From Syncephalis fuscata S228 (lineage: Eukaryota; Fungi; Zoopagomycota), in NCBI GenBank assembly GCA_025786725.1, contig JAHLTZ010000027.1:330703-394702 (forward strand): a stretch of 64,000 bases of DNA, in the 5' to 3' direction. Shown piece after piece: positions 12,748 to 24,991 of this stretch. The translations under genes were made by a program, and so were the position numbers. The notes under the pieces are model-generated. The model was not told the DNA's origin and did no database searches. It saw only the letters and a list, made by a program, of their open reading frames with translations. Positions within the stretch are counted from its first letter, which is position 1. Each line of letters begins with the position of its first letter.

Positions 12748-15560
12748 ATGACGCAATCACGACGTGCTGCGGGCGACCCCACTAGCAGCAATTCCTATTC
12801 ATTTCCAAGCTGTGTTAATGGTGGTGTTGATAATAACGGGCCAGCAGCATACAGCCCACTTACTATTGACACACATCTAAAAGGGCATAATCAGGCAAAG
12901 ATGCAGGACACACCGGCCACCTCAATGTCACCTACAGAAAATCGTCATATGTCTTCGTCGGATAAAATAGCACAGCAACGTAATTTACGGGATCAACCGC
13001 GTGCGTTGGATGACTCTGTTGTAGGTATGATGTCACCGGTTAGTCCGGCCACATTTGAGTCATTTGAAAGATATATGTCGCAAATGACAAAGCATTCATC
13101 GGGTGATCGTGTTGAATCGGCACTGCCCACACGACAGCGTTCAATAAGTGACGCACATAATACGGCCGATAGCTTGGCGTCGATTAAGGATGCACTAGAC
13201 CAAATATTAGTAGAACGCCAGTTTGAACGCAAATCAAGCATTCGTTTGCCGGCCAATGATGCATATATTCGACGTGAATGCCAGGCAAAGTATACACGTG
13301 GTGGCGATATGGCCCCTATAACTACTCGGTTAGAGCGTGGCAAAACATTTACGCTAGGCTCTAGCAATAGTAGCACATATCCGCTATACAATAGCCATAC
13401 GGATATGGCAAATGGCACACCTGGTTTACGTACGCAAAAGTCGCAACTTGGAGCGGGCTTAGCGAACACCAATGGTAATATAAGTCGCAGTAATCGAAAT
13501 AGCGCCAATTCAATGCATTCATTAGATTTGGACTCGGCAATGGCAGCAGCAGCAGCATTGGCAGCCGGACATGGTGTTCAGTCCCAGCCACTATCCTCGC
13601 CAACGAGCTTAAACGACAACTATAGCGTCAATAGTCCAATGATGCCCGAAGAGTTACGTCGCCAAAAGCCAGATCGCTATCGATCAGGCCAGTCTAATGA
13701 CAGCGACGCAAACCGTCATCGTCGTGGCCAACCTGGCTCAAAGAATGCATCACAGGATCATATTATGTCGCAAATGTATAATGAGCAACGACGTCCCTCT
13801 ATGGGCAGTTTATTTGCACAAGATACAGATGCAAATCGAATGAGTACCATCAATACGGCATACGACTCGTTATCAGACAATGATGGCTACATTTCGAACC
13901 AATATAATACTATAGATGCATCATTGCGTAAATCTTACGAGGAAAATAACGGCAGCTTTACTTCGCCTAATAGTAATCCTAATGCACAACGGCCCAGAAT
14001 ACTGCATCGACATGCATCTTCAGGCGGTAGTGGCTCAAGCCATCCTCTGAATAGTAACAACAATATGCCACTTACCAGTTCAAATGTACCTGCCACATTA
14101 TGAATTTACCACCACCCATGGCACCTACTGTGGCCGATGTTACACCGATGGCCAGTATGAACGGATTTCTAGCCACCTTCTATCTTGGTACACGCATTTT
14201 CAATAAGAAGACGTGGAAATCACGCTACTACATACTTAGTGGGCATGTGCTCTACCGATTCAAGAATTGTGAACTTGATAGCGTTGTCACCGATATGATG
14301 AAGTTGACGCCATCGAGCGTGGTATGTGTTAGCGATGAATTTCCTGGCAAACAGTTTTGTATTGAAATATCGGGTGCCGTCTCTCCGGTTACACTATCCG
14401 GTGGTCTAGGTATTGGTGCTGGCACTAGTGTATTCGGCATTAATAGCAATGCCAATGGCTCCAACACGGCAGTAGGCAACTATAACGCATCAAACAGCTC
14501 GGCACCTACAGTTTGGGAGGCTAAACGTTGGTGTGTGCAAGCAGCCAATCCTACCGAGCTTAGTGACTGGCTAGCCAAGTTAAAGGCAGCTGTTGTACGA
14601 GCTAAATATGCCACTCGTGCACTGCCCAATCCACCAGGTAGTCAGCCACCGCATACAATACCCAACAGTGTGCATATACTCGGTACTAGCGCTATGAATG
14701 GCATGACATCTGGCCGTCCTAATATTATCTCGTCAGTCTCGCAACCATTGCCTGTAGGTCATGGCAATCGTCCATTGGCCGATCCAACAATACCTACAAC
14801 AACAACACCGTTATATAGTCACAATAATAGTAATAGCACGAGTAGCAGCATTAGCAGTGGCAATCCGATTCGCCGTGCTTCAGAAACTGCCGCTATGGCC
14901 TCTAGTCATAGCAAAATACCTAATGGTACTCGTTCAACTAAGAGTAAATCAATGCTGGCTTCCATGACGGCATTGCGTATTGGTATACCGCCACCGCCAC
15001 CGCCACCACCGCCATCTGGTGCATCAACCGCCACTTTTGTAAATACTGCTGCATTGCGTCGCAGCGCAGGCTTTGCACCTTTTGAGGAGACACCCGGTGA
15101 AGAACAGCCGCCTAATAGCGCACCTCATCGACGGGCCAATGATGGCTTTTTTCCGGATGTGGGCAGTCCAACATCGATGAATTTTCCCTTTCGTCGTGCC
15201 CATTCCGACCAAAGCCAAGTAAACTATCATCCACCCGCACAGCCAGCCTATTCGAACCAACGCCCCTCCGACCCGTCAGATACACGACGTGGACCGGCAT
15301 CGGCGCCTGGCCATACGCTGACGAATAGCGGCAGTTTTACTTATGGTAGCAGTCATCATCAGCACCATCCTAGTAATGGTAGTGGTATTAGCGGCAATGG
15401 TGGTAATGGTACCAATAGTGTACGCAACTCCAATCAATCCTCCGCATCTTCATCGCCCAAGAGCAGTGCTGTCATTTCGCCGTCGAGTCCAATTTATAAT
15501 CGCCGGCCTAGTTTAGCACCAGTACATGAAGATTCGCCGTCCAAGTCATTGTCCAACTGA
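12748..15560 (+). CDS. Large, mostly disordered PH-domain protein with a poly-proline tract; split into two ORFs by an apparent 1-nt deletion near 14097
   Basis: ORF 14100..15560 has PH hallmarks: GFL...KKTWKSRYYILSGHVLYRFK, FCIEI, VQAANPTELSDWLAKLKAAV, followed by PPPPPPPPP. ORF 12748..14103 has the same S/N-rich composition and overlaps it by 4 nt (ATGA). One added base gives ...VPATIMNLPPP. Confidence 0.8.
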
Positions 15561-16459
15561 AAGCATACGGGCTTTTATTTCTATTAATGAAAAAGAAGAA
15601 TATCCACGAGTAATAATAATACATTCTCTTTTCTTTTCTTTATTTCTTTAATAAGCTGCCTATTTACTCTCTCTCTCTCTATTCTATTCTATTCTATCCC
15701 ATCTCTCTTTGTTCTATCGCAGTGGTTATTCTCGTTTGCCGTGGCCATCATTATTATGATACCGTAGCACTAAATGACCATTCTATTTGTACGCTCTTTA
15801 GCGTTTTCTCGTCCTGCTTTTTTTTCTTCCTATTTTCCACTCACACTCTCACCCACCACTAGTGTTTGGTTACGGTTGGGTCCTTTTTGACCATCACCAT
15901 CATAGTGACGTGTTATTTCAGCGTAATTTTTGTTGAAATACGTCGTTATGTATACACCGGTAGCCGTTTTGTCTGTTAACCAGGCGAATTATTATGTGTC
16001 ATTATACTGCATCTTTGCTTTCTTTTAAAACCTTGCTTTTTAGCTTGGCGCCATCATGTATGTCTTTTGCGCGCTACAAGCAAGTTCTCTTGCATATTTA
16101 GTGCGATTTCTACACTCTCAATAAATTTGTTTAAGAATTATATAAGCTGCTAATAAATACTAATAGCAATGATAATCATAAATTAGTTATTATTGTTAAA
16201 CTGCTGCAATACTTGGCGTGTTACACATACATTATTAGTTGACATATTTGCTTACATTCAATTAGCCAATCACATGGCCTAATTGCAGACAATATCGTAA
16301 ATAGTACCAACATTATCTGATCTACCAATTATATAATTTAATATTAACCATCATTTTCATTTGTTTATTATTATAATATAAATACATAATGATAGTAATA
16401 ATAGCGATGATTTTTATTTTATTTTATAAAAACAATAATAATAGTAACAATAGGATTAA

Positions 16460-18530
16460 TTAATGATACTGTGTAGCTTTTAAAAATGTTAATACACGCG
16501 TATGCATTTGTTGTTCATTATGATCAGGTAAACCAGTTTCTGGTAAAGACGCTAATAAAAATGTTTGATCTCGATCACTATTGCTATTGCTATTATCAGA
16601 AATGCTAGACTTTGATTTTAACGTGGATCGATACATTTGTGCTAGCTGTTTAGCTCGTGCCGGTCGTTTGAACGGATTGACGACAAAGTAGACAAGTCGT
16701 GTTTCTAGACATTCATCAATCCAGTCGAGACACTGAGCAAGCCATTGACGTATCATAAACTTTATACTAGATGTGGGTTGCCATGGTAAAGGTTGTTGCT
16801 CGAGTCGACATTCAATGGCTGCCTTGTTAAACAAGTCGGTAAATTTGGCCAAATGCTGATACTGCACTGTTTTATCTGACTCGACCATTGACCAGCCACC
16901 CGTAGCATAGGTCGTTAATAGTGCTTCATCGACACTCGACTGCATTACAAGCTGTGTGTATAAATCATAATTATTTAGCTGTACAATGATGGTTTGCGGC
17001 GATTCAGTTATAACATATCGACTTTCTGAATGAGGTAGGATAATAGCATCAGCTGGTGAGCATGGCGCTCGAATAGAAACGGTCCAGCGTGAATTGGACA
17101 TACGTGATATATCACTTAAGCGCGTATCTAACCATTGATGAACTGCATCCATACAATCGCTAATAATAAATCACAAAAAACTAATATTAGTAAAATAAAT
17201 ATAGTATTACAAATAACCTACCGCTCAAAGCTTGAAGGGGCAGTGCTGCAACAGAAGAGACCATTGGATTAGGACGAGCATAAATGGGCAAGTAATGACG
17301 ATAGGCCAATCTCCATGCTTCGTACAAAATACGTGGCATTGTAAGGAAAATGTCCAGTGGATGCGTTATTACCAAGTAGGCAAGAACACGTTCATCCAAT
17401 AGGTAGGCAGGTCCCGCTACATCTGCGGCCAATTTAGCACTTGGCTGACTTGTTGTATTGGTCTCATTTGACGGCTCAGTATTTTTATTAGCAGCAGCGT
17501 AAACTGGACATACTGTTGCCGATCGATTCATAACAACACGTGCATTAATATAACTATTGGCACGGGTATCAATGCCATGTATTTCGTAGAATCCATTACG
17601 TGGATTAAATGGTGAGACGTGAAATTCACGCGGCGTTTCAAAACAAAATTCAAATCTATAAAATATTAAATATTGATCGGTTAATTAGTTAATTAATCAA
17701 AGTTTACGAAAAAGAGTTATTATACAGTCACACTCGCTATCGACACCTACCCTTTTCGTTGATCGGCCAATTGGTCGCGTTCGAGGTCAAAAGCGTATAA
17801 ATGGGTTTCACCAAACGTGTTATGTACCTCAATGGCGAACACCCGGAGTCGTTCCGACAAACCGTTGGCCACTGGTGCTTCTATCGGCTCGTAGCAATAA
17901 TAGAAGGAGGCCGGATTCATCGCATAGCCAAAAAGCCGTGGCGTTGTAACCAACTCAACACGCTCAAGGCTATCAGTTTGAATGTTCTAAGAAAACCAGG
18001 TTAATTATAATGCCTGTTGATGCACGTGAAAATTAACTTACACGTTCCTGTAACCGATAAAATAGCTTTTGTTTTAGTGTGGGACGCGTTATATTTTCTA
18101 TCGGCAATGCATCGCAAGGCAGTTCGCCCAAATAGTCGCGAGAGCAAAGCGATAAAGGGCGCCACCACTGTGATACGATGCTATCGTAGGCAAACCACCA
18201 AGGCAGACGACTATGAGTAACACCGGGCCGAGCCACAGATAATTCTCGGTCCGCACGACCCATCTCGAGTGCATCAAGGTCCAATCCGAAATAGAAAAAG
18301 CGATAAGCAAACGAATGTAAAATAGGTTCAAACCGAGTATGGCGTGTCTTTACGACATAGATACGATGTGGCGATGATCCATGTGCCGTGTCTGCCGTGG
18401 CCGGTCGAAGCAAGGCCGGTGCAGTATATTGGAGTAAAGTGGATAGCAAGCAATAAACGCTACCACCCAGTAAAATGACCAGTAAAATAGTCGATATTAA
18501 ACTAGATGGTGCTATTTGCTCGGTATCCAT
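16460..18530 (-). CDS. DUF1365 family protein (UfaO-like) with an N-terminal TM helix and a C-terminal extension; 4 exons
   Basis: Motifs across spliced exons: TRHTRFEPILHSFAYRFFYFGLDLDAL, RDYLG, LVTTPRLFGYAMNPASFYYC, EVHNTFGETHLY, FHVSPFN, TMPRILYEAWRL. Introns at about 17988-18041, 17658-17750 and 17160-17217. Confidence 0.9.
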
Positions 18531-20798
18531 CCTTGCAATGAGATGAAGTGTACTTGGCCAACAATATAATGTTTTAAGCGGGTCAAATATAAGTTAAAAT
18601 AATAACAGTAATAAAAATAAAACCAATAAAAAGGAAAAAGCGAATTCGCCGTCTAATAAGCCGAGACCAAATAAACGATACAATGTCACAGAAACAGCTA
18701 CCTACTCAATTCATTGGTCTTAAGTCACAGTAATGTTTTATTGGTGCGAATAAGATTGTGATGGGGGAAATGCAGTTAACGCCGTAACTCACTAAACTAA
18801 TCTGCTGCATTACAGAGCAACAGCTGCCTTGTAAATATCATTGTGTAACAATATCTAACAGCCGCCGTTTCTCGTATTCGCTGTTCAACTACACTTTCCC
18901 CTATGGATGGCCCCAGTTTACCAGATAACAGCAACAGCACCATCGCCATTCGAATAGGCCTGGATCGCGGCATTAGACGGCTAATATTTTCGGCAGTTAA
19001 GCTTGCTAGAACAAGTACACTTTGGTAGTAGGACGGTCCGACGGACCAATGACTGATGGATGGAAAAAGACATACAGATTCGTAAATATACGCAGTAGTA
19101 TGTGCACAAACTGTGTGCAAATGACACAGTAAACAATAAAACTGGAATTTACTAAACCAATCAATGTGTGGAATTATATTTTGCCGATTCAGAAATTCAG
19201 CGTAATAGCTGTTACAATAATAATATGTAGCAATTGTATGGCGGCATGGTTCTTTCCGGTTATACTGCATATTATTGCGGGAGAATTGCTCAAGTTGGCA
19301 AGCGTTTTGCTGCAACGGCGATAGCAATGATCATTGCTGTTGTTACTCGACCGCTATGGCTTGTGATGGAAGCAGCCTGCTGCAATGGCCGATGACTGAC
19401 AAATGACCACAAAGGGCACAGCTATGCAATGAACGAGTTTAATGCAGTATTATTTCGTAATTAATATCAATACTGTATTGCCGTCTGCCGTGAAACAAAG
19501 AAACTATTCATTTCTCAATACACAAACAATAGCAACTGCTGGTGTAACACGTCCGCATAGGAGTCAAGCAATTAATTGCACCGATACATCTTGTGATGAG
19601 CAAAAATTAACATATTGCTGACTCAGTAATAGCAATGTATATTAAAAATAGCCGATTATGTTGTTGGTTATTTTTACCGAACGTCTAGATGATCGACAAG
19701 CATCGATTAAAATGCATCAACATAATCAGATGACTTTGCACATCATTGTTTACTAATGCAAGTTTATTCATTTGTCGTATTATGTTGTACCAAGTAGCTG
19801 GTATGATGTCATTTACAACATATGATTCATTCTACCAACGCCTGATTGTTGTTGTTGCTCTTTGTTGTTGTTGTTGACGATGCATCAACAAGGATTTGCA
19901 GCTCATCTTGAACAATGGCCATCTTCTATTGCAGGATAAAGTGTAATCCCTGACTAGAAATTCACTCATGCATAAGGTACCAAAGGGGAACTAGATAGAA
20001 AATCTTTGCATATGGCGCATGTTTGTATACTTGTGTTATCAATTAAACATTGATTTCTTCGATGTAAACTGAATTTAATTCAATAAACTTTACTGTTGTA
20101 GTGTATCATCTATGCGTGTCTATGTGTATGTTATTTTCTTAAAATGTAAATGGCAATCTACATCAACGTGACGCTGTTTTGGGCAAATTCCCTTTTTTAG
20201 ATTTTGAAAACAACTCGTATCTGCAATCACATTTCACAAATACCAGAAATATCATTTGCTTTATCTGAACACAATGGTCCTCGTGTGGGATGCGTTGTAG
20301 GTGCAAGCAGTCAAGTGCATAGCGTGCTCATAATTGCCAACATCGGCAGCTTAGCTTACAACATTTGTAAAGTTTGATCACAAGATCAGTACACAAGCCT
20401 TGAACTCAAAGCCATCCGGACCGTAAAGAACAGGTAGGGCGTCTTGTAGGACCGTGCTCCTTTGGAAACATCTTGTTACAGTCAGTTGTACGATTTATTA
20501 TAGCAAGCGGTGCTTGACGTATCCGGCCAAAAGCTGTCTATTCCAGGAGATGCACGCGCGCATGCACGTGCTGGGCTGTTGTTCGGCAAGTTATCGGCCT
20601 ATATCGATGCTACCAGTCGGCCCGCCTCTGCATACTGGTAGTTTTAGGCTCCGCATACGCAGAGGCTCAACTACATAAGACTTGCCAAATACCCGGACTT
20701 ATTCTGATTATCCGTTTTCTAGTATAATCTCCCTCTATTAAACTGTCTTATCTACCTAAGATATTGACCATTATTATCAAAAATTCTACTTAGCCACC

Positions 20799-22604
20799 AT
20801 GCAAGTCAGTACACTAGGAGACGCGTATACATATGCTATGGCGGCCGCGTGGTCTAAAGCCGTCAATGGTGGTACGTCATAGTTGTTTATTAAATTTTAA
20901 AATACACATGTGCTAATAACAACAATTGCATTTATAATTTAATTGTAATAATGTTTATTAGCTCGTAGTTCGATCATTAGTATGATATCTCGTGCAACTG
21001 TAGGCCATTTACACATTGTTGATGTCGACGGCACAACCTATGATATCGGCAACAAGGCTGCTCGTGAATCAAAGAGCGGTGATGATCCCGTTGTTAAACT
21101 GTACGTCTTGAATGATCGATTTTGGTTACGATTGGCACTTTTCTCCGATGTGGTAAGTAGCAAATGTAACTAGTTACTCAGCAACATCTGATGATTAATC
21201 TGTATATTATTTAGGGATTTGGGGAATCCTACATGTACGAGGAGATTGACATTGATAAGCCAGTGGACTTGGTCAAGGTAGGCAGTCGCTATCGGTCGGC
21301 TCTCGCGTGCTACAGTGATATTTAACCATGTATTGCAGTTTTTTTTGCGTAACCGCGAGCAAATAGGCGAGGGAGAGACATGGTTTAGTCAAGCAGTCGA
21401 GTATCTGACTCGCTTTCTTAGTTCTCGCTTCATTAACAATATTGCCAATTCGCTACGCAATATTCAAGAACACTATGACCTTGGCAACCGGTTATTCTGC
21501 TCTTTTCTCGATGCTTCACTTACTTATTCGTCGGCCGAATGGGATTGGAAACGATGGGAAGCTTCGAAACGAGGGGATGCCACTGAGGAGTCACTTGAAT
21601 CAGCGCAGATACGCAAGATTCGCAAACTTATTGACATGTGCTGCTTAAAGCCTGGAGATCGTTTGCTGGAAATTGGCAGTGGCTGGGGCGCACTAAGTAT
21701 TGAGGTAAGTACTGCAAAATGCCATAATAGACACTTGTGCAGTAATTAATACATTTTTGCTTATTTTAATTTAACGATAGGCTGTGCTTCGTACAGGCTG
21801 TACCGTCACAACACTTACGCTGTCTGAGGAACAAAAACAGATGGCTGAAGCACGTATTAAGAAAGCAGGACTTGAAGACAGTATTACTGTTCTATTGTGC
21901 GATTATCGTATGCTTGAGCCTACAGATAGGCCATTTGATGCTATTGTTGCAGTAGAAATGCTCGAGGCAGTTGGTCATGAATACTTTCCAGCATTCTTCG
22001 GCCAATGCCATCAATTGTTGCATCCACAACATGGTGTATTAGTTGCGCAAGTAATTACAATGCCGGAAAGTCGATATGATAATTATCGTCGAGGTGTCGA
22101 CTTTATTAACAAGTACATTTTCCCTGGTGGCCATTGTCCGTCAGTGCACGCACTTATGAATGCTGCAACATCAGCGAGCTCTGGAAATTTAGTGCTTGAT
22201 TACGCTGAAAATCGTCCACGTGACTATGCACGCACACTAAAACAGTGGCGTTTGCGATTTGATGCTGCGGCAAGTACACTTTGTAAGGACGTCGAAAGTA
22301 CTACCGATTTCGAGAAAGTTGGCGATATGGTAGTCCAAAACACACCAACTCTTAATGTAAAGGCAGCAAGACAGCATCTTCAGATGTACTTAAAAATGAC
22401 GATGCTTTGCCTGAATGGCTGTCAAAAGTGTGTGGTGAACCCGTCACATCTAAACCATCCGAGCGATATGATAAAGTATTTGAGCGTCGCTGGCGCTGGT
22501 ACCTCTCCTACTGCGAAGGTGGATTTAGTGAACGTGCTATTGCGCTAATGCAACTACGTTTTACACGACCAGCCAACGATCGTCAAACTGCCGGCTATGA
22601 ATAG
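20799..22604 (+). CDS. Cyclopropane-fatty-acyl-phospholipid synthase family SAM methyltransferase (UfaM/UfaA1-like); multi-exon
   Basis: ATG 20799 in a gccaccATG context. Motifs: GFGESYM, RNIQEHYDLGNRLFCSFLDASLTYSSA, AQIRK, LLEIGSGWGAL, TLSEEQ, DYR, VEMLEAVG, DFINKYIFPGG, YARTLKQWR, FERRWRWYLSYCEGGF. The last motif is in a different frame; the break near 22330-22400 is a 1-nt deletion or a 41-nt intron. Confidence 0.93.
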
Positions 22605-23056
22605 TTTTATAATTATAGAGATATATACCTATATATATATTTATGGCGACTCTGAATTCTTTTGTGTTTTTTTCTAATATACCAATAAACTATATACTGC
22701 TTCTTTATTCTATATTGAGCGGCCCAATTGAAATGATATAGTGCACGTATATATGTAAGATCAATTTTATACTATACTATCATTTATTAGTAGTAATAAC
22801 TAAAAGAATACATGTATATGCGCAATATTGGTTTTATATTACTATTTATCGTTAATATCGATTAATAAAAGAATACAAAAAGTAAGCAATTAAATATGCT
22901 TTTTAGTTATTCATTATATATATATACTAGTAGTCGGTTATGATATTAGAATGTAAATTTTACAAGCATAAGAGTTTGGTGTTGAATTGTAGTTATTTAT
23001 TTGTATGCAAATAATAATTACCAAATATTCAAATAACTTCATTGGTATTAATTTGA

Positions 23057-24991
23057 TCAAACAACTTCAAACTTGTTTGAGCCCGATCTCAAAATCAAAC
23101 GTTCTCTGCATGTACCGCTTGGGCATGTAAAAACGTGACGATCTAGTGCCCAACCATTCTTGCCTTCATAGAAATTATTGCGTTCTTGGAGGTCATTTTC
23201 TAGGAAATCAACTGCTGTATCCGGTAGATTGGTCGTGTAAACCTCATTGTATATTTTTTCGTGATTCTTTAAATCAGAGTTGCCCCAATTTCCTTTGCAA
23301 TAATTCGCGTTGGTCGAAGCGCATGCTGCAATCCAGAATCGTCCCGTATTAGCCAAAAGGATTTGTTGACTAAACTTAATTTGGAAATCTTTGTAATACG
23401 CGTTTGCATTAATAGCGTATTTGCCGGCTTTAAAGTTGGCTAGTTCCTCGCGTAATTGTCCAATACGTGCCTTTTGAAACATTTCCGTAAATAGATTGAA
23501 AGCCATGTCTGAAGCAATATCAGCTTGTTCTAGCGCATAAAGATCCCATTTAGCTAGATCGGCCGATGATGGTTTTTGATTTTTACGATTTTCGGCAACG
23601 GTATTGGCGATGTAATCGCCTACAACTTGAACACCACCTTTGATTATACTAAGGAGAGGCGGTAATGGTAAGAATGAAAAAATAATACTGATAACGTTCC
23701 AGATCTTCTCCCAAGCTGATGGCCGATCTACAGGCGTAAGTAAAATATTTACCAATTTGGACACCATGACTGTGCCGGACGCCAAATAGTCTTTGATGTT
23801 ATTGGCATAGGTGCGTACATAGTCGGCTAAATCATAAGCCATTTCAAACACTTCGTTTGCGCCTGGAAGCATTGCGTTAACGTCCGCCTTCATGTCAGGA
23901 GTCAAGTCTGTAAGAATCTTATTGCGGCCTAGGCCAAGCATTGAGATATAGTCTTTGATTTGGAATGAGTTGGCATATTCAACCATAGTTGAGGTGTCGT
24001 CCAATGCCTTAATTGTTTTCTTGACATCTTCAAGTAACCATAATTGTGATTCGTCATTGTCTGCACATGGTACAAGAGTTATTGCAGCTAGACTCTTACG
24101 TTCACTGGCGATACAGAGTTTATACTGATAAGACATAATTTGATAGTAGTTGCTAGGAAGATCCTTTCGAGTAATAAGCTTCATCTGGAACAGTTGATTG
24201 TCACGCCCTATGCATTGTGAAAGCAACATTGGTACTCCTTTTGCTTTGACAGCAACGGCACTACCATTTGCTGTAGCATTTTTGCTGGTATTATTGACGG
24301 GTGCAATGGGTGTTGCTATTGTTGGGCCAATTGGTGCAAGTTGTTTAGTGTCATTAGGTGCATAGTTAATACGACGTTTTAAGCTATGCTTATGAGCTGC
24401 GATATCACTATTATCACGACGACGAAGTGATATGTTGGTAGATGCCGACGTCTTTGATTCTACGCCCGGTATACGACCACCATGAAATAGATCATCGTGG
24501 AATTCCTGGATTAAGCTACGGCGCTGAATACGTGTCTGTGAAGACACGACTTGCTTGCCAGCCTTCTGCGTAGCAACTACAGCCGTCAAACATAGCTTTG
24601 GATCACTAAAACGAATCATGTAAATGTGACTTTTCTCGACCACTTCCCAATAATTGATTTGCTGATTTGCTGATGTGATGGCACATTCTTGCTCATCTAT
24701 ACCAAGTATATTTTCACCAATATTCTGTGCATTTTCAGCAGACATGCACCATGCTTTGTCTTCGTTTTTCTGTGTCCACTGACGCAATTTAAAAAGAGAA
24801 TACTTTTCCTCAGGCGGATTGTATATACGTTGAGCAGCATTGCTTATATCAACAGTTGTACTACTAGCTGTGCTACTGGCTGTGCTATTGGTTGTGCTAT
24901 TGGCTGCCGGAGCCGCCTGTCCCGCAACCTTGCTTGCAAAAATAGCAATTACTGCTAGCCATATACTGTTAGGTGCTGCTTTAGATATCAT
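23057..24991 (-). CDS. Secreted ricin-B-type (QxW/F) lectin-domain protein with a helical C-terminal domain; paralog A, intronless
   Basis: ATG 24991 gives MISKAAPNSIWLAVIAIFASKVAG (signal). Three C...C...Q-x-W/F repeats: WCMS..EC..QINYW; LCLT..SQC..NQLF; LCIA..VPC..SQLW. Clear similarity to 32659..34514. Confidence 0.85.
   Translation of the reverse strand: MISKAAPNSIWLAVIAIFASKVAGQAAPAANSTTNSTASSTASSTTVDISNAAQRIYNPPEEKYSLFKLRQWTQKNEDKAWCMSAENAQNIGENILGIDEQECAITSANQQINYWEVVEKSHIYMIRFSDPKLCLTAVVATQKAGKQVVSSQTRIQRRSLIQEFHDDLFHGGRIPGVESKTSASTNISLRRRDNSDIAAHKHSLKRRINYAPNDTKQLAPIGPTIATPIAPVNNTSKNATANGSAVAVKAKGVPMLLSQCIGRDNQLFQMKLITRKDLPSNYYQIMSYQYKLCIASERKSLAAITLVPCADNDESQLWLLEDVKKTIKALDDTSTMVEYANSFQIKDYISMLGLGRNKILTDLTPDMKADVNAMLPGANEVFEMAYDLADYVRTYANNIKDYLASGTVMVSKLVNILLTPVDRPSAWEKIWNVISIIFSFLPLPPLLSIIKGGVQVVGDYIANTVAENRKNQKPSSADLAKWDLYALEQADIASDMAFNLFTEMFQKARIGQLREELANFKAGKYAINANAYYKDFQIKFSQQILLANTGRFWIAACASTNANYCKGNWGNSDLKNHEKIYNEVYTTNLPDTAVDFLENDLQERNNFYEGKNGWALDRHVFTCPSGTCRERLILRSGSNKFEVV

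Noticed and set aside
14100-14103. ATGA stop/start overlap suggesting translational coupling or programmed frameshifting
   Set aside because: The context is eukaryotic, there is no slippery heptamer, and the same one-base-missing pattern occurs at four other sites. Assembly error is the simpler explanation.
18797-19327. 176 aa ORF inside the DUF1365/CFA divergent interval as a possible fifth cluster gene (e.g. DUF1295)
   Set aside because: It has a non-ATG start, no recognisable motifs and no TM pattern.
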